A stretch of DNA of 64,000 nucleotides, from NCBI GenBank assembly GCA_049322915.1, contig JBMOPW010000007.1:244246-308245 (forward strand). Direction: 5' to 3'. This DNA is from Candidatus Zhuqueibacterota bacterium. Lineage in GTDB: Bacteria > Zhuqueibacterota > Zhuqueibacteria > Thermofontimicrobiales > Thermofontimicrobiaceae. The notes below the pieces were generated by a model that had not been told where the DNA came from, did not search any database, and saw only the letters and a program-made list of their open reading frames with translations. This document shows positions 12,656 to 23,660 of this stretch, one piece after another (position 1 is the first letter of the stretch; each line of letters starts with the position of its first letter). Both the position numbers and the translations under genes were made by a program.

Positions 12656-13177
12656 GTGAAGAAGGTCGATCGTATAAGCCCCAATGAACTTGATTTGAAA
12701 GAACGAGTTGTTCAGATAAATCGCGTTGCGAAGGTCGTAAAAGGTGGCCGGCGATTTAGTTTCAATGCAATAGTCGTAGTGGGTGATGGAAATGGACATG
12801 TGGGTATTGGCCTCGGAAAAGCGAATGAAGTGACCGATGCGATCACCAAAGGGGCTGATAGTGCTAAGAAAAATTTGGTTCGAATTCCAGTCATTAAAGG
12901 GACTATTCCGCATGAAATCACTGCGAAATTTGGCGGTGCGCGAGTATTTTTGAAACCAGCTTCACCAGGAACAGGCGTCATCGCTGGTGGTGGCGTGCGT
13001 GCGGTGCTTGAGTCGGCCGGGATTCAAAATATTCTCACGAAATCGATTGGATCCTCCAATCCGCACAATGTTGTAAAAGCCACGATAGTTGCGCTGGAGA
13101 GCCTGTTAGATGTCTCCTACGTGGCCAGAAAGAAAGGCGTTTCCTATCAGGAAGTTTTTACAAAACCAATTTCCTGA
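12656..13177 (+). CDS. rpsE: 30S ribosomal protein S5 (GTG start)
   Basis: [16 protein letters not shown] and GTGVIAGG motifs. Confidence 0.99.
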   Translation: MKKVDRISPNELDLKERVVQINRVAKVVKGGRRFSFNAIVVVGDGNGHVGIGLGKANEVTDAITKGADSAKKNLVRIPVIKGTIPHEITAKFGGARVFLKPASPGTGVIAGGGVRAVLESAGIQNILTKSIGSSNPHNVVKATIVALESLLDVSYVARKKGVSYQEVFTKPIS

Positions 13178-13227
13178 AAATGGCTTTTGTCAGAAAATTC
13201 AAAGAGATAAATTGATAGAGAAGAATA

Positions 13228-13425
13228 ATGACCAAAGAAAAAACTAAAACATTGAAGATTACGCTGAAACGAAGTGTGATCGGCTATAATATCAAGCAGA
13301 AGCAGACCGTTCGGGCTTTGGGATTGCGTAGAATTCACCACACGGTTGAGAAAACAGATTCGCCGCAAATTCGTGGAATGATCAATAAAGTGATTCATTT
13401 AGTTGATGTAGAAGAATTGGCCTAA
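13228..13425 (+). CDS. rpmD: 50S ribosomal protein L30
   Basis: ALGLRRI and IRGMINKV motifs. Confidence 0.97.
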   Translation: MTKEKTKTLKITLKRSVIGYNIKQKQTVRALGLRRIHHTVEKTDSPQIRGMINKVIHLVDVEELA

Positions 13426-13441
13426 CCAGATAGAGGAATAT

Positions 13442-13882
13442 ATGAATTTAGGTAGTTTAAAGTACGCTCCCGGATCAAGAAAAAAACGCAAACGAGTCGG
13501 ACGAGGCCCTGGGTCAGGTCATGGCGGCACCAGTTGTCGCGGTGAAAAAGGTGCTGGATCGCGTGCAGGATTCAAAAGAAAAGCCGGTTTTGAAGGTGGA
13601 CAGACCACATTGCAGCGACGTTTGCCCAAACGGGGATTCTTCAATCGATTCAAAAAGGAATTTCAGGTCATCAATCTGAAAGACCTAGAACGGATCAGCG
13701 ATGTTTCCAAAATTGATCCTCAGATTTTATTCGAGAGAGGGATCATTCGAAAAAAAGATATTCCTGTGAAAGTGCTGGGTGACGGAGAGATAACTAGAGA
13801 AATCGAGATTTCGGCACATGCGTTCAGCCAGTCTGCGAAAGAGAAGATCGCGGCTGCCCAAGGGAGGATATCCGTCTTATGA
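13442..13882 (+). CDS. rplO: 50S ribosomal protein L15
   Basis: RVGRGPGSG and FEGGQ-RRLPKRGF motifs. Confidence 0.99.
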   Translation: MNLGSLKYAPGSRKKRKRVGRGPGSGHGGTSCRGEKGAGSRAGFKRKAGFEGGQTTLQRRLPKRGFFNRFKKEFQVINLKDLERISDVSKIDPQILFERGIIRKKDIPVKVLGDGEITREIEISAHAFSQSAKEKIAAAQGRISVL

Positions 13883-15213
13883 TTAAAAGTATTCAGAGCA
13901 TTTTTCGAATACCGGATCTGAAAAAGCGCATTATTTTTACATTATTAATTCTGGTTGTAAATCGCATTGGCAGCCACATCCCCGTTCCCGGAATCAATGG
14001 AAAAGCCCTGTTCGAATTTTTCCAGCAAATGGGAGGTGGCGGAATTTTCAGCCTTTATGATATGTTCGCGGGTGGCGCTCTCATGCAGGCGACTGTATTC
14101 GCCCTGGGAATTATGCCATACATTTCAGCTTCCATTATCCTTCAACTGCTGGGCGCCGTGGTCCCATATTTCCAGAAGCTCCAGAAGGAAGGGGAAGAGG
14201 GTCGCAAAAAAATTACTCAGTACACCCGCTACGGGACGGTACTGATTTCTGCGTTACAGTCGTATGGATTGGCCGTCTTCATCGAAAGCATAGGAACAAC
14301 GCAGTCGGGACTAGCTGTTGTGCCGGATCCCGGATTTGCCTTCCGGATTTTCACCATGTTTACGATGACCGCCGGCTGTGTTCTCATCATGTGGCTGGGC
14401 GAGCAGATAACGGAGCGCGGCATTGGAAACGGTATTTCATTAATCATTTTCATTGGCATCATTGCGCGGTTTCCAAACGCAATTGCCACGGAAATCACCC
14501 AGGTATTGGGTGGCAACAGAGCCATTTTGACTGAAGCGTTTTTATTATTAACGATGATTGGAACTATCGCCGCTGTCGTCATTTTGACACAGGGAACGCG
14601 CAAGATCCCTGTTCAATATGCGCAACGCGTTGTGGGAAGAAAAGTGTACGGTGGGCAGAGCACTCATATTCCGCTACGTGTCAACACAGCGGGCGTAATG
14701 CCTATCATCTTTGCCCAGGCAATCATGTTCGTCCCCAATACGATAAAGACATTCTTCCCCGGAAGTGAATTTGTCGCCACTGTCGCTAATTATTTTGAGG
14801 CGACATCTATTATCTACTGGTTGATTTATGGCGGCATGATTGTATTCTTCACCTATTTTTACACAGCCATCGCTTTCAATCCAATTGACGTGGCTGATAA
14901 TATGAAAAAATCCGGCGGATTCATTCCCGGTGTTCGGCCAGGTAAAAAGACATCGGAATTTGTCGATAACATACTGACTCGAATCACATTGCCGGGATCG
15001 GTTTTTCTGGCGATCATTGCTATCTTCCCATATTTCATCACCAAGTTCACGAATGTCTCATTCACATTCGCTTCCTTTTTCGGTGGGACTTCGTTGCTGA
15101 TTATTGTGGGTGTGGCTCTGGATACATTGCAGCAGATTGAATCTCATTTGCTCATGCGTCACTATGACGGATTTTTAAAAACCGGCAGACTCAAAGGAAG
15201 ACGGCGCGCTTAA
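13879..15213 (+). CDS. secY: Preprotein translocase subunit SecY
   Basis: ALGIMPYISASII, GIGNGISL, FIPGVRPG, GGTSLLI motifs; multi-TM. Confidence 0.99.
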   Translation: MIKSIQSIFRIPDLKKRIIFTLLILVVNRIGSHIPVPGINGKALFEFFQQMGGGGIFSLYDMFAGGALMQATVFALGIMPYISASIILQLLGAVVPYFQKLQKEGEEGRKKITQYTRYGTVLISALQSYGLAVFIESIGTTQSGLAVVPDPGFAFRIFTMFTMTAGCVLIMWLGEQITERGIGNGISLIIFIGIIARFPNAIATEITQVLGGNRAILTEAFLLLTMIGTIAAVVILTQGTRKIPVQYAQRVVGRKVYGGQSTHIPLRVNTAGVMPIIFAQAIMFVPNTIKTFFPGSEFVATVANYFEATSIIYWLIYGGMIVFFTYFYTAIAFNPIDVADNMKKSGGFIPGVRPGKKTSEFVDNILTRITLPGSVFLAIIAIFPYFITKFTNVSFTFASFFGGTSLLIIVGVALDTLQQIESHLLMRHYDGFLKTGRLKGRRRA

Positions 15214-15252
15214 ACAGCTAAATTAAAACGCTCTCCGCTGAGGAATGGAATT

Positions 15253-15906
15253 ATGATATTGATCATGCTGGGGGCTCCTGGGACAGGGAAAGGCACCCAG
15301 GGGAAGATTTTGGGATCTCATTATCGCATACCAAACATTTCAACCGGGGATATTTTAAGAACTGCTATTGAAAACGACACCGACCTGGGCAAGCAGGCAA
15401 AGCAATTTATGGACAAGGGCGAACTTGTGCCGGACGATGTGATGATTGGAATGATTGACGAGCGCTTGCTGGAACCGGATTGTAAAAATGGATTTATTTT
15501 GGATGGATTTCCGCGAACTGTCGCCCAGGCCCAGGCGCTGGATAAATATTTTCAAAGAAGCGGCAAAAAACTGGATGCCGTAATCGGCCTGGAACTATCC
15601 GAAGACAAAATCGTTGCTCGACTGACGAGCCGGCGAGTTTGTCGCAAATGCGGAAAAGACTATAATGTGGTCACCGATCCTCCACCAGCCAATAACAGAT
15701 GTATCATGTGCGGTGGCGTTGTGATTCAACGGGCGGATGATAATGAGAAGACAGTGCGCAACCGGCTGAATGTTTATTACGAAAAGACGAGACCGCTGCA
15801 AGACTACTATCAGAAAATTAATAAATTGCATCTGTTTCATTCTGATGGAGCGATCGAAGACATCCAGCGAGACATTCGAATGTTTCTTGATAACGCTGTA
15901 AAATAA
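15253..15906 (+). CDS. adk: Adenylate kinase (zinc-LID type)
   Basis: GAPGTGKGT, LDGFPRT; LID with CRKC and CIMC. Confidence 0.98.
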   Translation: MILIMLGAPGTGKGTQGKILGSHYRIPNISTGDILRTAIENDTDLGKQAKQFMDKGELVPDDVMIGMIDERLLEPDCKNGFILDGFPRTVAQAQALDKYFQRSGKKLDAVIGLELSEDKIVARLTSRRVCRKCGKDYNVVTDPPPANNRCIMCGGVVIQRADDNEKTVRNRLNVYYEKTRPLQDYYQKINKLHLFHSDGAIEDIQRDIRMFLDNAVK

Positions 15907-16656
15907 ATGATTCAACGACGAAGCCCGCGCGAGATCGATGCCATAAGAGAGAGCTGTAAAATACTCGTGAACACGTTTCATATCATCGAACAGATGATCG
16001 AAATCGGGATGACAACGCGGGCAATAGACACAGAGGCAGAAAAATATATACTTTCCATGGGAGCCCGACCGGCATTCAAAGGGTTTAGCGGCTATCCTGC
16101 TTCAACGTGCATATCCATAGATGATCAGGTTGTTCACGGAATTCCCGGGGACGCACGACTTGAAGCCGGGAGCATCGTAAGCGTCGATGTAGGTGTGAAA
16201 TACAAAGGGTACTTTGGTGATGCTGCAAAAACCTACCCGGTGGGACATGTTGATTCTGCGCGAGTCAAACTGGTCGAGGTTACGCGTCAGGCGCTCGAAA
16301 AAGGGATAAGCATCATTAAGCCTGGAATTCGGCTTTCGGATATCTCCCATGTAATTCAAACACATGTGGAATCTGCGGGATTCTCAGTTGTGAGAGATCT
16401 GGTCGGGCATGGCATCGGACGTAAGCTTCACGAAGAACCACAAATTCCAAATTATGGTCCATCGAATCAGGGACCCGTGGTAAGGGAAGGCATGGTTTTC
16501 GCCATCGAGCCGATGGTCAACATGGGCAGCTATCACGTTTTCGTTGGTAAGGATAATTGGACTGTAAAGACTCGAGATGGACGCCCGTCAGCACATTTTG
16601 AACATACCGTAGCGGTAACTGCACAGGGCGCCGATATATTAACGAATGGATTGTAA
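15907..16656 (+). CDS. map: Methionine aminopeptidase type I
   Basis: VVHGIP, GHGIG, AIEPM, SAHFEHT motifs. Confidence 0.98.
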   Translation: MIQRRSPREIDAIRESCKILVNTFHIIEQMIEIGMTTRAIDTEAEKYILSMGARPAFKGFSGYPASTCISIDDQVVHGIPGDARLEAGSIVSVDVGVKYKGYFGDAAKTYPVGHVDSARVKLVEVTRQALEKGISIIKPGIRLSDISHVIQTHVESAGFSVVRDLVGHGIGRKLHEEPQIPNYGPSNQGPVVREGMVFAIEPMVNMGSYHVFVGKDNWTVKTRDGRPSAHFEHTVAVTAQGADILTNGL

Positions 16657-16673
16657 AACCAGGGAGTTCATTT

Positions 16674-16892
16674 ATGCCAAAGGAAGAACCAATAAAAGTT
16701 GATGGAACGATTATTGAGACTCTTCCCAATGCATCGTTTAAAGTCGAATTAGAAAGTGGTCACCAGGTACTGGCGCATATATCGGGCAAGATGCGAATGC
16801 ATTTCATAAAAATTCTTCCTGGGGATAAAGTCACTGTAGAATTATCGCCTTACGATCTTACGCGGGGAAGAATCACATATCGATATAAATAA
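16674..16892 (+). CDS. infA: Translation initiation factor IF-1
   Basis: [21 protein letters not shown] motifs. Confidence 0.99.
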   Translation: MPKEEPIKVDGTIIETLPNASFKVELESGHQVLAHISGKMRMHFIKILPGDKVTVELSPYDLTRGRITYRYK

Positions 16893-16953
16893 CGCATCCA
16901 TATTGCTACTCAATTAGCACAAGAGTTTCACGATATTTCAAGGTGGTGATAAC

Positions 16954-17067
16954 ATGAAAGTACGCTCTTCAGTAAAAAAAATCTGTGATAATTGCAAAAT
17001 CATAAAGCGAGGAGGAAAAATCCGGGTTATCTGTAAAAATCCTCGCCATAAACAAAGACAAGGTTAG
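16954..17067 (+). CDS. rpmJ: 50S ribosomal protein L36 (absent from the ORF track)
   Basis: Manual translation [37 protein letters not shown], 37 aa. Confidence 0.98.
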   Translation: MKVRSSVKKICDNCKIIKRGGKIRVICKNPRHKQRQG

Positions 17068-17095
17068 AACTTAACATTATTAGCAGGAGGAAATC

Positions 17096-17467
17096 TTGGC
17101 TCGAATAGCAGGAATAGATCTTCCCAAAGAAAAAAGGGTTGAAGTTGCATTGACATATATTTTTGGTATTGGTCAATCATTATCAAAAGAGATAATTGCC
17201 AAAGCAAAAATAAATCCTGATACGCGTGTGAAAAACCTATCGAACGATGAAGTCGGAAAAATTCGGACCGTTCTGGCCGAATATAAAGTCGAAGGCGCGC
17301 TGCGTGCTGAATTGTCGATGAATATTAAGCGCTTGATGGACATCGGGTGTTACCGCGGAATCAGACATCGTCGTGGTTTGCCGGTACGCGGGCAGCGTAC
17401 ACACACAAATGCTCGAACACGCTCCGGGCGAAGGAAGTCGGGCGTTCTTAAGAAGAAAGCAAAATAG
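17096..17467 (+). CDS. rpsM: 30S ribosomal protein S13 (TTG start)
   Basis: ARIAG and [13 protein letters not shown] motifs. Confidence 0.99.
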   Translation: MARIAGIDLPKEKRVEVALTYIFGIGQSLSKEIIAKAKINPDTRVKNLSNDEVGKIRTVLAEYKVEGALRAELSMNIKRLMDIGCYRGIRHRRGLPVRGQRTHTNARTRSGRRKSGVLKKKAK

Positions 17468-17516
17468 CAATTCATAATTCTTTAGTAATCCAGAGTCATT
17501 TTCTTGGAGGTTAACT

Positions 17517-17906
17517 TTGGCAAATCCGAAAGCAAAACGAGGAAAGAAGCGCGAAAAGGTTGAAGCAACCGGCGTTGCCCATATACAAGCAACATTCAAT
17601 AATACAATAATTTCGTTAACAGACAACTATGGCAATGTCATTTCCTGGGCCTCGGCAGGAAGAGTTGGTTTTAAAGGTTCGCGAAAAAGTACGCCATTCG
17701 CCGCACAGTCAGCGGCAGAAACGGCTGTGAAAGAAGCAAAAGAACTTGGGCTGCAACGAGTTGAAGTGCTGGTCAAGGGACCAGGCAGCGGTCGTGAGGC
17801 GGCTGTTCGCTCGATTCAGGCTGCTGGACTTGAAATAACGGCCATTAAGGACGTCACACCCATTCCCCATAATGGATGTCGACCCCCCAAAAGGCGTCGT
17901 GTCTAA
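17517..17906 (+). CDS. rpsK: 30S ribosomal protein S11 (TTG start)
   Basis: TFNNT and [12 protein letters not shown] motifs. Confidence 0.99.
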   Translation: MANPKAKRGKKREKVEATGVAHIQATFNNTIISLTDNYGNVISWASAGRVGFKGSRKSTPFAAQSAAETAVKEAKELGLQRVEVLVKGPGSGREAAVRSIQAAGLEITAIKDVTPIPHNGCRPPKRRRV

Positions 17907-17952
17907 TAAAATGAAAATTGGGATAAAAGCAATTTCTGGAGGCTTTAAATAG

Positions 17953-18582
17953 ATGGCAAGATATAAAGGACCTGATTGTAAATTATGTCGCAGGGAAAAC
18001 CAGAAGCTATTTCTTAAAGGGACCAAATGCAATACAAATAAATGTCCCTTTGAAAAGAAAGGGTATGCCCCAGGGCAGCACGGCAGGAATCGACGTGTCA
18101 AACATTCGGAATATGGTGTTCAACTTCGAGAAAAACAGAAAGTCCGTCGCATCTACGGAATCCTGGAAAATCAGTTCAGCAATTATTTCGAGAGAGCGGA
18201 ACGGATGAAAGGAATTACAGGCTCGAATTTGCTGCAACTTCTTGAAAGCCGGCTGGATAATGTCGTGTTTCGGTTGGGATTCGCCCCGTCACGAAAAACA
18301 GCCAGGCAGTTGGTGCGGCATCGCCATTTTCTGGTGAATGATAAATTGGTTGATATTCCTTCCTACATTGTGCACGTGGGGGATGTCGTACAGGTTAAAG
18401 AGAAAAGCAAAAAAATGGCTGTAGTCCACTCTTCGCTGAGAAAGATAAAAGACGACCGGCAATATCCCTGGTTGAGTTTGAACAAGGCAAATTTGAGCGG
18501 CACGTACTTGAATTTGCCGGAACGAACGGATATTCCGGAATCGATCACAGAATCTTTAATCGTTGAGTTATATTCAAAATAG
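17953..18582 (+). CDS. rpsD: 30S ribosomal protein S4 (Cys/zinc type)
   Basis: CKLCRRE, PGQHG, LESRLDN, IVELYSK motifs. Confidence 0.99.
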   Translation: MARYKGPDCKLCRRENQKLFLKGTKCNTNKCPFEKKGYAPGQHGRNRRVKHSEYGVQLREKQKVRRIYGILENQFSNYFERAERMKGITGSNLLQLLESRLDNVVFRLGFAPSRKTARQLVRHRHFLVNDKLVDIPSYIVHVGDVVQVKEKSKKMAVVHSSLRKIKDDRQYPWLSLNKANLSGTYLNLPERTDIPESITESLIVELYSK

Positions 18583-18672
18583 TCGTTAATAATCCTTGTA
18601 ATAATTTCCGAAAATTTGTAGACAGGATTATTCATAGGGTTTGGAAACCTCTATTCATGAGGAGTGAGTGTG

Positions 18673-19659
18673 ATGAATTGGCCAAATTTTCGCATGCCAG
18701 ATGGCATTGAGATTGACGAATTAACATATACAAATAATTATGGTAAGTTTGCTGTCCAACCTCTAGAGCGCGGTTTTGGCGTGACCATAGGAAATGCCCT
18801 GCGGCGAGTGCTGTTGTCCTCATTGCCAGGGGCGGCTATCACTTCCATTCGGATCGAAAATGTACTGCATGAATTTTCTACAATACCTGGCGTGGTTGAA
18901 GATGTTGCTGAAGTTATCCTGAATTTGAAACAGGTGCGAATTAAATTGATCAACAAAAGGCCGGATAAAGTGACGCTGGATCTCGCAGGACCAAAGGACT
19001 TTAAAGCGGGAAATATTTTAGATAGTACAAGCGATTTTGAAGTGTTAAACCCTGACCTTCACATTGCTTCATTGAATGCCGATGCCAAGTTTCGGTTGGA
19101 ATTGAAGGTCGGACGGGGCAAAGGTTATGTGCCGGCAGAAGAAAATAAAATGCCGGATCAGCCAATCGGCACAATTCCTATCGATTCAATTTTTTCACCC
19201 GTAAAAAACGTGGCATTCAAAATCGAAAACACCCGGGTGGGGCAGAAAGTTGATTACGAAAAGCTGATTCTTGAAATTACCACGGATGGCAGTATTACTC
19301 CAGACGATGCTTTGACTATTGCAGCCAAGATTCTAAAAGATCATATTGAATTGTTCATCAATATCGATATTGAACCGGAGCAGGAGGAGAGCCCTGAAAT
19401 TGATGAAGAAGCATTGCGGATCCGCAAGCTGCTGAAGATGAGCGTCGATGAACTCGAACTTTCTGTTCGGTCCCACAATTGTCTGATGGCAGCGAACATT
19501 AAAACCATCGGTGACCTCGTCCGCCGCGACGAACCGGAAATGCTCAAATTCAGAAACTTTGGAAGAAAGTCATTGTCCGAATTGAATAAAATTCTTGAAG
19601 AAAAAGGATTGCATTTCGGAATGGACGTGGATAAATATTTGAAATCTGAAGGCTATTGA
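18673..19659 (+). CDS. rpoA: RNA polymerase alpha subunit
   Basis: PLERGFG-TIGNALRR, LELSVRS-NCL, NFGRKS motifs; start could instead be GTG 18664. Confidence 0.99.
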   Translation: MNWPNFRMPDGIEIDELTYTNNYGKFAVQPLERGFGVTIGNALRRVLLSSLPGAAITSIRIENVLHEFSTIPGVVEDVAEVILNLKQVRIKLINKRPDKVTLDLAGPKDFKAGNILDSTSDFEVLNPDLHIASLNADAKFRLELKVGRGKGYVPAEENKMPDQPIGTIPIDSIFSPVKNVAFKIENTRVGQKVDYEKLILEITTDGSITPDDALTIAAKILKDHIELFINIDIEPEQEESPEIDEEALRIRKLLKMSVDELELSVRSHNCLMAANIKTIGDLVRRDEPEMLKFRNFGRKSLSELNKILEEKGLHFGMDVDKYLKSEGY

Positions 19660-19678
19660 TTCTGAGAGGATTAATTTC

Positions 19679-20146
19679 ATGAGACATAGAAAGTCATTTA
19701 GCAAGTTAAGTCGAAATACCAGCCATCGCAAAGCGATGTTATCGAACATGGCCACGGATGTGCTTCTCCACAAGAAAATCAAAACGACCACAGCACGCGC
19801 AAAGGCTGTACGTCCAATGGTGGAACGTTTGATCACCTTCGCCAAGAAAAATACATTGGGCGCGCGACGACATGTTCTCAGAACAGTCCGAAATAAAAAC
19901 GTTGTCAAAGAATTGTTCAATGAAATCGGACCTGTGTTCGTCAGCAGAAATGGTGGCTACACCCGAATTATCAAATTAGGTCGTCGGCAAGGCGATGGTG
20001 CAGAAGTCTCCTATATCGAACTGGTCGGGTTCGAAAATGTTCGCAAGCCGAAGAAAGAGAAAAAAGAGGCTGAGAAAACTGAAAAGGCTGAGAAGCCCAA
20101 GGAAGTTGAAAAAGCTGAGACCCCCGCAGTCCAGGAAAATGAATAG
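19679..20146 (+). CDS. rplQ: 50S ribosomal protein L17 with K/E/A-rich tail
   Basis: MRHRK, RNGGYTRI, R-GDGAE motifs. Confidence 0.99.
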   Translation: MRHRKSFSKLSRNTSHRKAMLSNMATDVLLHKKIKTTTARAKAVRPMVERLITFAKKNTLGARRHVLRTVRNKNVVKELFNEIGPVFVSRNGGYTRIIKLGRRQGDGAEVSYIELVGFENVRKPKKEKKEAEKTEKAEKPKEVEKAETPAVQENE

Positions 20147-20173
20147 TACTTTCAGCAGTTTATTGAGTTTAAA

Positions 20174-20199
20174 GGCAGTCATGCGTGACTGCCTTTTTT
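20174..20199 (+). terminator. Rho-independent terminator of the ribosomal superoperon
   Basis: GGCAGTCA-tgcg-TGACTGCC stem followed by TTTTTT. Confidence 0.9.
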
Positions 20200-20698
20200 A
20201 TTACTCCGGACTGGCACGCCTGCTTGAAAAATAGTTAAAAATCTGGCATTCGTGCCAGACCTTCCCGCACATTTCAGTCTTGCTAACGCTGATGCCAATC
20301 GGACCAGACCAGTCCCCAATCTCGTCAGAATGAACATTGCCACTATGCTTTCGTCAGACCTCGTTTATGCTCCATCCTTCCATGAAGTGTAAACACAATT
20401 CCGCTCCATTGCAATTTCTTCCCATTGTTTTTTCCCGAAACGGTTAAGGCAAATAATAACATTTCGCCATACTTCACCGATGTGTTTAAATTCCATAAAG
20501 TGTTCAGGATGAGCTTCCGATAACTTGACAGGAGAACTATGTGCTCGCCACTATTTTGGGGCGATATTCAATGATCGGCTCTTGTGACGGGGCTCGGTCT
20601 CGATTCGAGCGTCTCTACCGCTTGGGCGATAAAATTTCAGGAATTCACAGGAGTTGCGCCTGGAAAATATTAGCAATAAAAGGAAAGGAAAAAGACAA

Positions 20699-21874
20699 AT
20701 GATAAAAGCGAGCAGTGCTGTCAGTTCAAACCCGAATGCGTTTGAAGCAGGCAAAGAAGTCGCTCAGGAAGTGAAATCGCGCCTCGGGAGAATGCCCGCC
20801 ATGGTCTGGGTATTCGGAGCAATTCACTACAACCAACAGGAAGTAATCGACGGCATCAGATCAATTTTGCCGGACGCATCGCTCATTGGCTGTACGACGG
20901 ACGGGGAAATATCGCACAAAGGCTTGAGCGTAAATTCGGTTGTAATGTTAGGACTTGTCTCGGATGAAATCACATTTCGTCTATCCGTGGTAACGGAAAT
21001 TGGCCGGAACTCATTTCTCGCCGGGGCGCAGTTAGCGGAACAGTTCAAGGATTTACCTACCGGATACATTCAAATCTTTTCGGATGGTCTCACCGGAAAC
21101 GGCACTGAAATCATTCAAGGCATTCAGTCCGTGCTGGGCAAAGATGTGAAAATAGCCGGGGGCACTGCCGGCGATGGCAGCCTGTTCAAACAGACGTTTC
21201 AATATTTTGATGGGCAGGTGCTGACGGATGCGCTGGTCGGCGTTGCTTTTTTGGGAGACTTCAAATTAGGGACCGGAGTGCAAAGCGGCTGGACGACCAT
21301 CGGGGTGTCCAAGCAGGTGACGAAGTCGATCAGGAATGTCGTGTACGAACTGGATGGAAAGCCGGCGCTGGAGGTGTATGAAAAATTCCTCGGACGCCAT
21401 GCAGCGATGCTGCCGGCAGTCGGTGTTGAATATCCGTTGGGACTGTTGGGCCCTTGCGGCGATGTTCACGAGGATGGCTATTATCTCTGCCGCGCTACCA
21501 TGGGAGTCGATCGTGACAAGGGCACGGTGACATTTGCCGGCGATATTCCCCAGGGCGCTTTCGTGAAAATGACGATGGGCAGCGAGTCCGATATTCTCGA
21601 CGCTGCGAAAAAAGCAGCAACTCAGGCATTGAGCCGGCTGCGGAATGGCTCTGCGAACGTGAAACCGGCGGTCGTCTTTTTCTATTCGTGCATGGCGCGT
21701 AAAATCGTGCTTGGCTCCCGAACAGATGAAGAGATTTCCATGATCAGGGAGACAGTCGGAACGGACATCCCCATCATTGGTTTTTACACCTATGGCGAAT
21801 ACGCGCCGGTCGGCAAAGAGCTGATTTCACATCTTCACAATGAGACGGCAACATTGACAATTCTTGGGGAATAA
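20699..21874 (+). CDS. FIST N/C-domain sensory protein (NosP-like)
   Basis: IGCTTDGEI, GGTAGD, ELDGKPA, SCMARK, GFYTYGE, LHNET motifs; likely start ATG 20699. Confidence 0.9.
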   Translation: MIKASSAVSSNPNAFEAGKEVAQEVKSRLGRMPAMVWVFGAIHYNQQEVIDGIRSILPDASLIGCTTDGEISHKGLSVNSVVMLGLVSDEITFRLSVVTEIGRNSFLAGAQLAEQFKDLPTGYIQIFSDGLTGNGTEIIQGIQSVLGKDVKIAGGTAGDGSLFKQTFQYFDGQVLTDALVGVAFLGDFKLGTGVQSGWTTIGVSKQVTKSIRNVVYELDGKPALEVYEKFLGRHAAMLPAVGVEYPLGLLGPCGDVHEDGYYLCRATMGVDRDKGTVTFAGDIPQGAFVKMTMGSESDILDAAKKAATQALSRLRNGSANVKPAVVFFYSCMARKIVLGSRTDEEISMIRETVGTDIPIIGFYTYGEYAPVGKELISHLHNETATLTILGE

Positions 21875-21889
21875 CACGGGAATTTCAGA

Positions 21890-23608
21890 ATGGATGAAAT
21901 GGTGAAACGACTGCAATACGAACTGCAACTCTCTGAGAGAAAAGCAGAAGTATTGAGTAACATGCTCAAGGAAGCTGCCAATGAGTATGAAAAGTCGATG
22001 GTCGAATTGAATAAAGAAAAGGTACGAGCCGAAACTGCAAGCCGGGCGAAATCGGAATTTTTGGCCAATATGAGCCATGAAATCAGAACGCCCATGAATG
22101 GCATCATCGGGATGTGCGATTTGTTGGGTGATACTGCCCTGAATGAAAATCAGCGGCAATACCTGGATATGCTGAAAAACAGCGCGGATCAACTGCTGGG
22201 GCTGCTCAATGACATTCTTGATTTTTCGAAAATCGAAGCCGGGCAATTGAACCTGGAGCAGATTGAATTCAACATGCGAAGCATCATCGAAAATGCCACG
22301 GATATTGTCGTGCATAAACTGGAGCAGAAAGGAGTGGATCTATTTTTATCCATTGACAAAAATGTGCCCAATTCCCTCGTCGGCGATCCCATGCGCATCC
22401 GGCAGATTTTAGTGAATCTGCTGGGCAATGCCATCAAGTTCACAGAGGTGGGCAGTATCACCGTGATGGCGCAGATGCAGGAGCAAACGGCTGGTCTCGC
22501 TAAGATTCACATTTCAGTGAAGGATACGGGCATTGGCATCGCTCCGGATCGACAGGCAGTTATCTTTGAGAGCTTCACTCAGGCGGATAATTCCACATCG
22601 CGAAAATTTGGCGGTTCAGGACTGGGACTGACCATCTCGCGCCAGCTCGTGGAGATGATGAATGGGAGAATCTGGTTGGAGAGTGCAGTCGGCAATGGGA
22701 GCACGTTTCATTTTACCGTGAAGCTCCCGATTGGGACAGCGACTCCAACGAACGAAGAACATGGGGAAGGTGACCTGTCGAATCTGAATATTCTGGTGGT
22801 GGATGACAACGAGACTAACCGGATCATTCTGAATGAGACGCTTAAGTCGTTCAAATGCCAGGTCGATGTCGCGGAAAGCGGAGCAGCCGGGTTGATAAAA
22901 TTAAACCAAAAGATGAAATACGATATTGTCATCTCTGATTATCACATGCCGGATATGGATGGTCGGGAATTCATCATGAATCTGAGGAAAATGAAGATGT
23001 ATGAATTTACTCCGGTGCTGCTGCTCACGTCGATTGGGAAATATAAAAATCTGTTGGATGGGAGTCTGTTTTCCTGCGTTTGGACCCTGACCAAACCTGT
23101 CAAACAGAGCCAATTGTACAACATGCTGATTCAAATAAGTGGAAAGCTGATCAATTCCTTTGTCAAGCCGGCTGCTTCGAAGCAGGATGAGAAGACAAGG
23201 CAATGGATAGCCCAACTGGCAGCGTCGAAAGACCGCTTCACCATCCTGCTTGCTGAGGATAACATCATTAACCAGAAAGTGGCCATAGCGTTGATTTCAA
23301 AGACCGGTATTCCGACAGTGGTCGCGGGTGACGGAAAAAGCGCAGTGGATAGGCTGAGTCAGGGACATTTCGATCTTGTCCTCATGGATGTGCAAATGCC
23401 CACGATGGACGGATTTGCAGCGACACAATTCATTCGCAATGAGTTGAAAATGCGCCATATTCCCATCATCGCCATGACTGCTCATGCGATGAAGGGCGAT
23501 AAGGAGCGATGCCTGGAGGTAGGCATGAATGATTATCTCTCCAAGCCGATTCAGCCGACGGAGCTCTATTCGATGCTCAGCAAGTGGCTTTTCAAAAATG
23601 AGAACTGA
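21890..23608 (+). CDS. Hybrid histidine kinase without its own sensor (coiled coil-HisKA-HATPase-REC-REC)
   Basis: [29 protein letters not shown]; two receivers with intact Asp. Confidence 0.93.
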   Translation: MDEMVKRLQYELQLSERKAEVLSNMLKEAANEYEKSMVELNKEKVRAETASRAKSEFLANMSHEIRTPMNGIIGMCDLLGDTALNENQRQYLDMLKNSADQLLGLLNDILDFSKIEAGQLNLEQIEFNMRSIIENATDIVVHKLEQKGVDLFLSIDKNVPNSLVGDPMRIRQILVNLLGNAIKFTEVGSITVMAQMQEQTAGLAKIHISVKDTGIGIAPDRQAVIFESFTQADNSTSRKFGGSGLGLTISRQLVEMMNGRIWLESAVGNGSTFHFTVKLPIGTATPTNEEHGEGDLSNLNILVVDDNETNRIILNETLKSFKCQVDVAESGAAGLIKLNQKMKYDIVISDYHMPDMDGREFIMNLRKMKMYEFTPVLLLTSIGKYKNLLDGSLFSCVWTLTKPVKQSQLYNMLIQISGKLINSFVKPAASKQDEKTRQWIAQLAASKDRFTILLAEDNIINQKVAIALISKTGIPTVVAGDGKSAVDRLSQGHFDLVLMDVQMPTMDGFAATQFIRNELKMRHIPIIAMTAHAMKGDKERCLEVGMNDYLSKPIQPTELYSMLSKWLFKNEN

Positions 23609-23660
23609 CGGCGCCTGACGGCAACAAAGTCGCCGTCGTGTCAAGCAGCACTGACGAGTA

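Noticed and set aside
20212..20226. TGGCACG sigma54-like -24 box after rplQ
   Set aside because: The -12 position reads TG rather than GC, and the site is about 480 bp from the next start codon.
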